From Candidatus Eiseniibacteriota bacterium (GTDB lineage: Bacteria > Eisenbacteria > RBG-16-71-46), in contig JBGAOA010000050.1 of the NCBI GenBank assembly GCA_044222065.1, forward strand, positions 1-31,114: a stretch of DNA of 31,114 nt, given 5' to 3'. Made by a program: the position numbers and the translations under genes. This document shows, piece by piece, positions 9,044 through 18,993 of the stretch; the stretch's first letter is position 1, and every line of letters begins with the position of its first letter. Below the pieces are notes generated by a model. The model was not told where the DNA came from, ran no database searches, and worked only from the letters and a program-made list of their open reading frames with translations.

Positions 9044-10323
9044 GGGGTGCGCAGCGGCTGCTGCCGCTCGCGCTCCTCGGCGCGCTGCTCGCCCTCGCGG
9101 GCTGCGACGACGCGGGGCGCGCCGAGCGCTGGCGGATCGAGCGCGCCCGCTGGCGCGCGGCGCGGCTCGCCGAGTCCGCGCGGCGTCACGCGCCACCCGA
9201 CCGGGCGAAGCTCGCGCGCTCGGCCGCCGGGCTCGCCCGGCTCCACGCGCTCGATCGCCTCGCGCACTGGCGCGGCGCCCCGGGCGCTCGCGCCGCGGAG
9301 ATCCGCGAGGGACTCGCCGGGGCCGAGATGGAACTCGCGGGATTCGAGTTCGAGCGCGGCCAGCCGGACGCGGCGCTTGCGCGCATCGGGGCGCTGGCCG
9401 CGACCGAAGGCCTCCTCACCGCGAACCAGCGCGCCCGCGCGCTCGCCGAGCGCGCCGACCTGCTCGAACGTGCCGGCCGGAGCGAGGCCGCGCGCGCCGC
9501 GTGGATGGCGCTCGCGGCGGAGCCCGTGCTCGACGATTCGGCGCGCGCGCTTCCCGGCGTGCTCCAGGCCGCGGGCCGCGCCGCGGCGCTCGCGAGCGGG
9601 GACGCCGGCGACACGCTGTGGCGCGACGCCGAGGCGCGCTGGCGCGAGGCGGTCCCGCGGGCGCGGGACGCCGAGTCGCGCGCCGCGCTCGCCCGCGCGA
9701 TCGGGACCGCGCGGGCCGCGCGCGGCGACTCGCTCGGCGCCTTCGAGGCGGGGCGCACGCTGCTCGCGGCGCTTCCGCGCGGGCCCGAGCGGGCGAGCCT
9801 GCTCTTCACGCTGGCGCAGTTCGCGCGCGGGGGCGGCCTCGCGGACTCGTGCCGGCGATACGCCGCGTGGGCTGCGGACTCGGGCGCGTGGGCCGACCGG
9901 CCGCACGCGCTGCTGCTGCTCGCGCGCTCGTTCGCCGCGACCGGCCCGCGCGATTCGGCGCTCGCGGCCTACGACCGCTTGCTCGCGCGCCACGCGCGGG
10001 CGCAGGATTTCGTGGCCGCGGCGCGGTTCGAGCGCGGAGCGCTGCTCGAGCGCGACGGGTTGTGGGAGCTGGCGCGGTCCGAATACCGTACGCTCATCGC
10101 CGCGCTGCCGACACACGAGCGGTCGTTCGAGGCCGTGCTTCGCATCGTCCGTCACCACGTCCACGCCGGAGAGGAGGATCTGGCCCGTCTCGAAGCGCGA
10201 CGGGCCCTCGACCAGATGGACCTCCTGATCGCCACGCAGCACAACGACGCGATCCAGCAGCGCGCGCACGCGACCCGGGACACGCTGCGGGCCCTGACGG
10301 GGCTCGGGTCGGGCGCGCCCTGA
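9040..10323 (+). CDS. TPR-like helical-repeat lipoprotein (occupies a PrsT-like position)
   Basis: Signal peptide with lipobox LALAG-C. Repeated TPR-like units (ALAERADLLERAGRSEAARAAW; ALLLLARSF...DSALAAYDRLL; ARFERGALLERDGLWELARSEYRTLI). Confidence 0.75.
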   Translation: MRGAQRLLPLALLGALLALAGCDDAGRAERWRIERARWRAARLAESARRHAPPDRAKLARSAAGLARLHALDRLAHWRGAPGARAAEIREGLAGAEMELAGFEFERGQPDAALARIGALAATEGLLTANQRARALAERADLLERAGRSEAARAAWMALAAEPVLDDSARALPGVLQAAGRAAALASGDAGDTLWRDAEARWREAVPRARDAESRAALARAIGTARAARGDSLGAFEAGRTLLAALPRGPERASLLFTLAQFARGGGLADSCRRYAAWAADSGAWADRPHALLLLARSFAATGPRDSALAAYDRLLARHARAQDFVAAARFERGALLERDGLWELARSEYRTLIAALPTHERSFEAVLRIVRHHVHAGEEDLARLEARRALDQMDLLIATQHNDAIQQRAHATRDTLRALTGLGSGAP

Positions 10324-12463
10324 TGCTCGCCGACTCGCCGGTGCAGGTCAGCCTCGTCACCGCGAGCGCGCTGCTGCTCGCGTTCATCGGCGTGTTCGCG
10401 GCGCTCCGCCGCGGGCCGTGGCTCACGACGCTGCTGTTCTCGAGCGCCTTCCTGTCGCTCGCGGCGGTCGAGGCCGGCGTGCTCGGACTGCTGAACGCGG
10501 CCTCGGCCGGCGCCGCGCGCCCCTGGGCGACCTATCTCGCCGGCGTCTCCGCGCTCGCCTCGTGGCTGTGGCTGTCGCTCAGCGTCGTGCTCGCGCGCTC
10601 CGACCCGTGGCGCGAGATCCGCAACGCGGGCGCGTACCTGACGCTCGCGCTCGCGGGCTGCGTCGTGATGTTCGCCGCGAGCGGTACGACGTTCATCGTG
10701 CGCGACGTCCAGTCGGAAGCGTCGGACGCCGTCGTGCTGCTCGGCGGCATGGGCAAGGTCTACCTCATGTACCTCGTGGTCGTGATGGTCGCCGTGCTCA
10801 TGAACTTCGAGCGCATGCTCCGCACGGCGCCGGCCTCGGCGCAGCGGCGACTGCGGGCGATGTTCGTCGCGTTCCTGTGCGCGATCCTCGCCGAGTTGCT
10901 CGTCGTGTCGGCGGCGCTGCTCTACGGCGGGCTGCGCGTGTCGTGGCTCGCCGCCGCGGCCGGGCCGCTGTTCCTCTCGGGTGTCGTCACGGCGTTCGCG
11001 CTCGCGCGCCGCCGGCTGTCGGACATGAGCGTGCCGCTCGCCCGGCCCGTCATCTACTACTCGTCGGTGTCGCTGACGCTCGCGGGCGCGTTCCTGCTCA
11101 CGATGGCGGTGCTGTCCAAGGTGCTGCCGATGCTCTCGCCCGAGTGGAAGCGCGGCGTCAGCCTGACGTTCTACCTGCTCGTCGGCGGCGGCGGCGTCGT
11201 GCTCGCGCTGAGCCCGCGCGTGAACCGCGCCGTGAAGCGTTTCGTGGACCGCAATTTCTACGCGAACCGCTACGACTACCGGCGCGAGTGGGAGCGCGTG
11301 ACGAGCGCGCTCGCGCCGGCCTCGAGCCCCGAGGACCTGGCGCGCGCGGTCGTGGCGCTCGTCTCGGACGTGTTCGACGCGGAGCGCGTCGCGCTCTACC
11401 TGCGCGACGAGGCGCGCGGCGACTTCCAGCGCGTCGGCGGTTCGGCCGCGCTGCCGCCCGTGATTCGCGCCGACAATCCGCTCGCGCTCGAGTTCGCGCG
11501 CACGCGGCGGCCGGTGTCGATCCGGGACCTCGCCGACGACCTCGACCGCCTCGCCCTCGCGGTCGAGAACCGCGAGCTCATCCAGACGCTCGACGCCCAG
11601 CTGTGCGCGCCGCTTCCGGTCGGTGAGCAGATCGTCGGCATGGTGTGGCTGTCCGCCAAGCGCGGGGACGAGGACTACAGCGCCGAGGACCTCGAGTTCC
11701 TCGGCACGGTGTCCCGGCAGGTCGCCGCGTCGTTGTGGTTCGCGCGGCAGTCGGAGCAGCTCGCGAGCACGCGCCAGCTCGAATCGCTGCACCGCCTGTC
11801 GTCGTTCGTCCTGCACGACATCAAGAACCAGGTGTCCGGCCTGTCGCTCGTGCTCGAGAACGCGCGCAAGCACTTCGCGAATCCCGAATTCCAGCGCGAC
11901 GCGCTCGCGGTCGTCGAACGCACCGTGACGAACCTGCGCGACCTGATGAGCCAGGTGTCGACGGTCTCGCGCCCTCCCGAGATCCGGCGCGAGCCGTGCC
12001 TCGTGAGGCCGCTGCTCGACGAGGCCCTGCAGCAGGCGGGGCTCGGCGCGGGCGGCCTCGACGGCATCCAGGTGCGCGTCGAGTGCGGCGTGCAGGACGG
12101 CGTGCCGATGGATCGGCGCCACATGCTGCGCGTCGTGACGAACCTGCTCACGAACGCGCGCGAGGCGATGACGGGCTGCGGCGAGATCGAACTGGCGGCG
12201 GCGCTCGACGGAATCGAAGGCGAGCACGAATCGCTCGTGATCACCGTCCGCGACAGCGGGCGCGGCATGAGTCCGGAATTCCTGCGGCAGTCGCTGTTCC
12301 GGCCGTTCACCTCCACGAAGTCCGGCGGATTCGGGGTGGGGATGAGCCAGGTCAAGACGATCGTCGAGGCGCACGGGGGCTCGATCGCGGTCGAGAGCCG
12401 CGTGGGCGAGGGGACGACGTTCCGCGTTCGGGTGCCGGTCGAAGGCGCGGCGGTGGAGGCGCG

Positions 12464-12467
<4 letters not shown>
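10323..12467 (+). CDS. prsK: PEP-CTERM system sensor histidine kinase PrsK
   Basis: ATG at 10323 (TGATG). Multi-TM N-terminus, PrsK-type [20 protein letters not shown] region, H-box [42 protein letters not shown]. Confidence 0.9.
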
Positions 12468-13749
<1,282 letters not shown>

Positions 13750-13764
13750 CGCGCGCGGCGCCGC

Positions 13765-13882
13765 GAAAAACCAGAACCCCCGCTCCGGGAGGAGCGGGGG
13801 TTCCGAAGTTCGGGGGACGTCGTTCTCAGAGTCGCGGGCCGCACGCGAGGTTCATCGAACTAGCCCCCCACAACCGAATTCG
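13765..13882 (-). ncRNA. Candidate small RNA
   Basis: ECF-like promoter GGAACC-N16-CATCT (13916-13890), an imperfect long hairpin and a minus-strand terminator, with no substantial CDS in between. Confidence 0.35.
13766..13803 (-). terminator. Intrinsic terminator hairpin (U-tract on the minus strand; may also stop the + operon)
   Basis: Perfect 13-bp stem GAACCCCCGCTCC (13774-13786) / GGAGCGGGGGTTC (13791-13803) with a 4-nt loop. The minus strand continues TGGTTTTT. Confidence 0.75.
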
Positions 13883-14024
13883 CGTATACAGATGTCCGGC
13901 GACGAGTGCCGGTTCCGTTTTTTTCCTCGCCGCCAACTTAGCGACGCACTTCGAGTGCGATGACAGGAGTTCGTCCCGTGGCTGTCAAAGAATCGTGACG
14001 GTTCCGCGGTCAGTGGAGACAGCG

Positions 14025-14696
14025 ATGTCGGACAGCAAGCCGGGCTACTTCCTCGCCATCGCCGGCAACATCGGCGTGGGCAAGACGGAACTGACGAACC
14101 GCCTGAGTCAGGAGCTCGGGTGGATGGTCTACTACGAACCGGTCATCCAGAATCCGTACCTCGACATGTTCTACGCCAACATGTCCCGCTGGAGCTTCCA
14201 CCTCCAGATCTACTTCCTGAGCGAGCGCTTCAAGGCGCAGGTCGAAATCGGCAAGAGTCCGTTGCCTTTCATCCAGGACCGCACGATCTACGAGGACGCC
14301 GAGATCTTCGCGCGGACGCTGCACGAGCAGGGCTCGATGACCGACGTGGACTACGAGAACTACACGGCGCTCTTCGGCGTGCTCATGTCGTACATCCGCC
14401 GGCCGGACCTGATCCTCTACCTTCGCGCGAATCCCGAGACCCTGATGGAACGGATCGCGCGGCGCGGGCGCGAGAGCGAGAAGAGCATCACGATCGAGTA
14501 CATCGCGCGACTGAATCGCGCCTACGACGACTGGATGCGGCGCGCCCGGGCCGAGTTCGAGGTGCTCGAGATCGACACCGACGCCGTGCCGCTGCAGGGC
14601 GACGCGCCTGCCTTCGCCCGGCTCGTGCACGACCTCAAGTCGCGCTACCCGCGACAGACCGAACTCGGGCTCGCGCTTCCGGAAGACGGCCGCTGA
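14025..14696 (+). CDS. Deoxynucleoside kinase (dAK/dCK/dGK family)
   Basis: GGAG RBS before ATG 14025. P-loop IAGNIGVGKT, YEPVIQNPYL, LQIYFL, DRTIYED, lid RIARRGRESE. Confidence 0.93.
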   Translation: MSDSKPGYFLAIAGNIGVGKTELTNRLSQELGWMVYYEPVIQNPYLDMFYANMSRWSFHLQIYFLSERFKAQVEIGKSPLPFIQDRTIYEDAEIFARTLHEQGSMTDVDYENYTALFGVLMSYIRRPDLILYLRANPETLMERIARRGRESEKSITIEYIARLNRAYDDWMRRARAEFEVLEIDTDAVPLQGDAPAFARLVHDLKSRYPRQTELGLALPEDGR

Positions 14697-14718
14697 ACGA
14701 GGCGCCGCTCCGCCGCGA

Positions 14719-17514
14719 TCAGCGTCCCGCGGCCGCGAGCGCTTCGACGCAGCGCGAACAGAGGCCCGCGCGGTCGCCGTCACCCGCGACGTCGGCGCGG
14801 TAGGTCCAGCAGCGATCGCACTTCGCGAGTGACGTCTTCACCGCCTCGACGCGCGTCTCGGAGCCGGCAGGGCCGTCGATCCAGCGCACCGCCGCGACCA
14901 TGAGGAAGCCGGCGATTTCATCGCCGAAGCCCTGGATCCAGGCGCGTTCGGACGGCGGCACCGTGATCGTCACCTCGGCCTCCCCGGTCGTGTTGATCAC
15001 CTTCGCGGCGCGCAGCGGTTCGAGCACGGCATTGACCGCATCGCGCAGGGCGACGAGCCGATCCCACGTGCCGCTCGGACCCGCCGTCGCGCGGACGGGC
15101 CACTCGGCGAGGTGGACGCTCGACGCCTCGGCGATCAGCCCGGGATGGTGCTGCCACACCTCGTCGGCCGTGAAGACGAGCGCCGGCGACGCTCCGAGCG
15201 CGAGGTCGTGCAGCGCGCGCCACAGCACCGTCTGCGCCGAACGCCGCGCCGGATGCGAGGGCGCGAGCGTGTAGAGGCGGTCCTTCGCCACGTCGAGGAA
15301 CATCGCCGACAGGTCCACCGCGCAGAACTCGCTCACGAGGTCGAGCGCTCGATGGAACTCGAGCTTCGACCACGACTCGCGGATGCGCGCCACGCGCTGG
15401 TCCACGCGGTCGAGGAACGCGCGATCGATGCGGGTCAGGCGATCGTCCGGCAGCGCATCGCGCGCCGGATCGAAGTCGAACAGGTTGCCGAGCAGGAACC
15501 GGAACGTGTTCCGAACCTTGCGATAGCCGTCGGCGACGCGCTGAAGGATCTCGTCACCCACCCGGATGTCGGTGCGCCAGTCCGTCGCGAGCGCCCACCA
15601 GCGCACGATCTCCGCGCCGTACTTCGCGACCACGTCGAGCGGGGACACGACGTTGCCGAGCGACTTGTGCATCGCGCGGCCCTGGGCGTCGAGCACCCAG
15701 CCGTGCGTGCACACGAGGTTGTACGGCGCGTGATCCGTGACGCCGACGCCGACCATGAGCGACGAGTTGAACCAGCCGCGGTGCTGATCGGGACCCTCGA
15801 AGTACACGAGCTGCTGCCCGTCGCCGCCCGCGAGCGCGCGACGCCACGACGGCTGGAGTCCCGGATGCGTGCGCTCGAGCGCGCGGTGCGTGCTGCCCGA
15901 GTCGAACCACACGTCGAGGATGTCCGTCTCCTTGCGGAACGGACCCGGGGACGCGCAGTGCGGGCAGCGGAAGCCCGGCGCGACGAGCGTCGAGACGTCG
16001 GCTTCGTACCACGCGTCCGAGCCGTGCGCCCGCGTCAGCGCCGCGGCGCGGCGCGCGACCTCGGGATCGAGCGATGCCTCGCCGCACGCCTCGCAGTAGA
16101 TCGCCGGGATGCCCACGCCCCAGGCGCGCTGGCGCGACAGGCACCAGTCCGGCCGGCCTTTCACGCTCTCGCGAATGCGGTTCTGCGAACTGGCCGGCTC
16201 CCACCGCACTTCGCGCTCGATCGCGTTCAGCGATCGCTCCCGGTGCCCGGCGTGGTCGATGATCATGAACCACTGCTTCGTCGCCCGGAAGATCACGGGC
16301 TGCCGGCAGCGCCAGCAGTGCGGGTAGGAGTGGGTGAAGCGCGACGCCGCGAGGAGGCGCCCGCGCTCCTTGAGCCACTCGACGATGTCGTCGTTGACGT
16401 CGAGCACGCTGCGTCCCACGAACGGCTCCGCGCCGGCGAGCAGCTTGCCGCCCTCGTCCACGGGGCACGAGACGCCGAGTCCGCTGCGCTGGCCGACGGC
16501 GAAGTCCTCCTTGCCGTGGCCGGGCGCCGTGTGCACGAGCCCCGAGCCGTCGTCCATCGAGACGTACGGCATGCCGTCCACGACGCGCGAGTCGCCGCCG
16601 AACGGCGCCTCGAAGACGAGGTCCACGAGATCGCGGCCGCGCAGCTTCGCCTCGACCGCGTACGACGTGATGCCCGACGCCTCGACGACCGCCGCGACGC
16701 GCGGCGCGGCGACGAGCAGTCGTCGCGCGCCCGCGCGCAGCACGACGTACTCGGCGTTCGGATCCACCATCAGGCCGAGGTTCGCGGGCAGCGTCCACGG
16801 CGTCGTCGTCCAGGCGACCGCCTCGATCCCCGACTGCCCGCGCAGTACGCCGTGCGGATCCTTGCGCAGCGGGAACGTGACGAAGATCGACGGCGAAGGA
16901 TCGTCCTGATACTCGATCTCGGCCTCGGCGAGCGCCGTGCGATCGGTCGGACACCAGTGGATCGAGCGCAGTCCGCGCTGGACGAAACCGCGCGCCGCGA
17001 GGTCCGCGAACGTCTCGAGGATCGCGGCCTCGAACTCGTGATCCATCGTGAGGTAGGGATGGCCCCATTCGCCCCACACACCGAGGCGCTGGAATTCGCG
17101 CGACTGGATCTCCACCCACTCGGCCGCGTACTCGCGGCAGCGCCGGCGCAGCGTGAGCCGGTCGGGATTCTGGGACTTCGCGCGGAACTCGCGGGACACC
17201 TGCACTTCGATCGGCATGCCGTGGTTGTCCCAGCCCGGCACGTACGGCGCGTCGAAGCCGGCGAGGCTCGCCTGACGCACGGCGGCGTCCTTCCAGATCT
17301 TGTTCGCCGCCGTCCCCATGTGGAGATGGCCGTTCGAGTAGGGAGGACCGTCGTGCAGCAGCCACACCGGACGCCCGCGACGTGCTTCACGCAGGCGCTC
17401 GTAAAGACCGTGGGCGTTCCAGGCCTCGAGCCGCTGGGGCTCGCGCTGCAACAGGTCGGCCTTCATCGGGAAGTCCGTCTTCGGGAGATTCAGGGTGTCG
17501 CGATAGCCGGCCAT
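14719..17514 (-). CDS. ileS: Isoleucyl-tRNA synthetase (type 1 architecture)
   Basis: GGAGG RBS. YRDTLNLPKTDFPM, HDGPPY, WTTTPWTLPAN, GSGLVHTAPGHG, DWCLSRQR, EGPDQHRGWF, AMHKSLGN, C-terminal zinc site CDRC...CSRC. An Ile T-box lies upstream. Confidence 0.97.
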   Translation of the reverse strand: MAGYRDTLNLPKTDFPMKADLLQREPQRLEAWNAHGLYERLREARRGRPVWLLHDGPPYSNGHLHMGTAANKIWKDAAVRQASLAGFDAPYVPGWDNHGMPIEVQVSREFRAKSQNPDRLTLRRRCREYAAEWVEIQSREFQRLGVWGEWGHPYLTMDHEFEAAILETFADLAARGFVQRGLRSIHWCPTDRTALAEAEIEYQDDPSPSIFVTFPLRKDPHGVLRGQSGIEAVAWTTTPWTLPANLGLMVDPNAEYVVLRAGARRLLVAAPRVAAVVEASGITSYAVEAKLRGRDLVDLVFEAPFGGDSRVVDGMPYVSMDDGSGLVHTAPGHGKEDFAVGQRSGLGVSCPVDEGGKLLAGAEPFVGRSVLDVNDDIVEWLKERGRLLAASRFTHSYPHCWRCRQPVIFRATKQWFMIIDHAGHRERSLNAIEREVRWEPASSQNRIRESVKGRPDWCLSRQRAWGVGIPAIYCEACGEASLDPEVARRAAALTRAHGSDAWYEADVSTLVAPGFRCPHCASPGPFRKETDILDVWFDSGSTHRALERTHPGLQPSWRRALAGGDGQQLVYFEGPDQHRGWFNSSLMVGVGVTDHAPYNLVCTHGWVLDAQGRAMHKSLGNVVSPLDVVAKYGAEIVRWWALATDWRTDIRVGDEILQRVADGYRKVRNTFRFLLGNLFDFDPARDALPDDRLTRIDRAFLDRVDQRVARIRESWSKLEFHRALDLVSEFCAVDLSAMFLDVAKDRLYTLAPSHPARRSAQTVLWRALHDLALGASPALVFTADEVWQHHPGLIAEASSVHLAEWPVRATAGPSGTWDRLVALRDAVNAVLEPLRAAKVINTTGEAEVTITVPPSERAWIQGFGDEIAGFLMVAAVRWIDGPAGSETRVEAVKTSLAKCDRCWTYRADVAGDGDRAGLCSRCVEALAAAGR

Positions 17515-17530
17515 GCCGCCTCCGAACGGG

Positions 17531-17567
17531 AACGAAAACGCCCCAACCGTGGTCCTCGGTTGGGGCG
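17531..17567 (-). terminator. T-box attenuator terminator
   Basis: 11-bp stem CGCCCCAACCG / CGGTTGGGGCG with a 7-nt loop, followed by TTTTCGTT. Its 5' arm is shared with the antiterminator. Confidence 0.88.
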
Positions 17568-17803
17568 ATCGAAATCGCGGTACCACCCAACTTCGCGGCA
17601 TCCTCGCGGACGCCGCCTCCTGGGGCTCGTGGCCCTGGGTCCCGTTTCGGCGGACCGTCCGTCCGAGCCTACTGTCCGCGCGACGGGCGGAGTTCGGTCG
17701 GCGGCTCGGGGGTGATCTTCGCCGCGCGGGGGGTTGCCGGGCTCACACCGTCCCCGGCTCGCTCGAAACGCCGCACGGGTACTCGTCCCCGTCACAGCCT
17801 TGG
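17531..17803 (-). promoter_or_regulatory. T-box riboswitch (Ile, AUC specifier), transcription-attenuation type
   Basis: On the minus strand: GA motif GGCTGTGA, AGTA, AG bulge AGCGAG, GGTG apical loop, specifier loop GAAG-ATC-A (17716-17714), stem II AGTA, T-box AAGTTGGGTGGTACCGCG (17593-17576), antiterminator partner CGCCCC, then the terminator. Confidence 0.92.
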
Positions 17804-17818
17804 CGAATGTGGCCGCGC

Positions 17819-17848
17819 ACGATGCCAAAGCGACTCGGGGCGCGTCAA
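17819..17848 (-). promoter_or_regulatory. Putative sigma70 promoter of the T-box/ileS transcript
   Basis: TTGACG-N18-CATCGT with a TG extension, ending ~15-20 nt before T-box stem I. Confidence 0.45.
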
Positions 17849-18993
17849 GGCTCGTCGCTCGCGTCGTCGGCGAATCCGACGCCGGCGCGCGGCGCGCGCA
17901 GCGCGGCGTCGGCGAGCAGCAGCCACGCGTCGAGCAGCCGGGGACGCCCGTCGCGCCGGGTCGCGAGCCTCGAGACGTGGCGCGCGGCGTGCGGATCGCC
18001 GTAAGCCGCGTCGCACCACGCGTCGAGCGAGTCGCGCGGGAACGCGGGACGGGCGAGCCGCACGCCCGAGCGTCGCAGCGCTTCGACGTCGCGAGCGACG
18101 TCGCGCCACTCGAGCGCCCGGCGCGCCGCCGCGTGGTCGTCGAGCACGCCAAGGGCGGCGAGCCGAACTCCGAGCGATTCGGGTTCGGCGGGCGCGTCGC
18201 CGGAGGAGTCCCGGGCCGCGCGCGCGAGCAGCCGCCACCAGAGCGGGCGATCGAGCGCGGCGTCCGGTGCGAGCCCGCGTTCGCCGAGCGCGCCGAACTC
18301 CGCCCACTCGCGCAGTCGGGCGGACGCGCCCGCGACGGACGCGGCGCCCGGGAGCCGGCTGCGGACGAACAGCACGGGATCCACGACGCGCGCCTTCTCC
18401 CAGCGGAGTTCCGCGTCCTCGGCGAGCCTCACTTCGAAGTGCAGGTGCAGGGTCGTGACGCGCCCGCTTCCCCCGACGCGCCCGAGCGTCGATCCTGCGG
18501 CGACCACGTCCCCGGGGGAGACGGTCGCGCTGCCGGGGACGAGGTGCGCGTAGACGCTGTAGGCGAGCCCGCCCTCGTCGAGCCGGTGCGCGAGGACGAC
18601 GGCGTGACCGTAGCCGCCGCTCCAGCCCTCGGTCACCGTCACGACGATGCCGTTCGCGGCCGCGCGCACCGCATCGCCGCCGCGGCCGTTCGCGAGGTCG
18701 GCGCCCTGGTGGGCCCGGCGCCTGCCTTCGCCGACGTTCCGGTTGATCCGAAAGCCCGGGGCGCCCGACTCGTCCGGCTGCTCGAGGTCGTAGGCGTCGC
18801 CGACGGGGAAGCGCCACGCGCCGCTCGCGCACCAGCCGGCGGCGCGCGCCGCATCGAGCGGAAGCAGTCCGCCGAGCCGCGCCGCCGGAGCGCGCGCTGC
18901 GGCCGGGTGCGCGACGAGCGCCAGCGCGAGCACGGCCGCGGCGCACCGGAGCGCGTTCCGTGCGCGGCGGCACTCGGCGCGAACGAACCTCAA
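17845..18993 (-). CDS. Peptidase M23 family protein (exported)
   Basis: Signal-like N-terminus, HQGADL (HxxxD), GYGHAVVLAH, YAHL, HLHFEVR (HxH). The TTG start overlaps the upstream stop; the exact start is uncertain. Confidence 0.88.
   Translation of the reverse strand: MRFVRAECRRARNALRCAAAVLALALVAHPAAARAPAARLGGLLPLDAARAAGWCASGAWRFPVGDAYDLEQPDESGAPGFRINRNVGEGRRRAHQGADLANGRGGDAVRAAANGIVVTVTEGWSGGYGHAVVLAHRLDEGGLAYSVYAHLVPGSATVSPGDVVAAGSTLGRVGGSGRVTTLHLHFEVRLAEDAELRWEKARVVDPVLFVRSRLPGAASVAGASARLREWAEFGALGERGLAPDAALDRPLWWRLLARAARDSSGDAPAEPESLGVRLAALGVLDDHAAARRALEWRDVARDVEALRRSGVRLARPAFPRDSLDAWCDAAYGDPHAARHVSRLATRRDGRPRLLDAWLLLADAALRAPRAGVGFADDASDEP

Noticed and set aside
13765..13882. SRP RNA, 6S RNA or tRNA identity for the structured intergenic segment
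   Set aside because: It lacks the SRP helix-8 motif and a tRNA cloverleaf, and is too short for 6S.
13961..13988. TTGACA on the minus strand and a TGACAG-N15-CTGTCA dyad upstream of the kinase
   Set aside because: No acceptable -10 box at 16-18 nt. The dyad is short with a long spacer and could be chance.
17515..17601. Longer ileS start at 17601 given by the ORF track
   Set aside because: The extension runs through the T-box and terminator. ATG 17514 has a GGAGG RBS and matches the conserved IleRS N-terminus.
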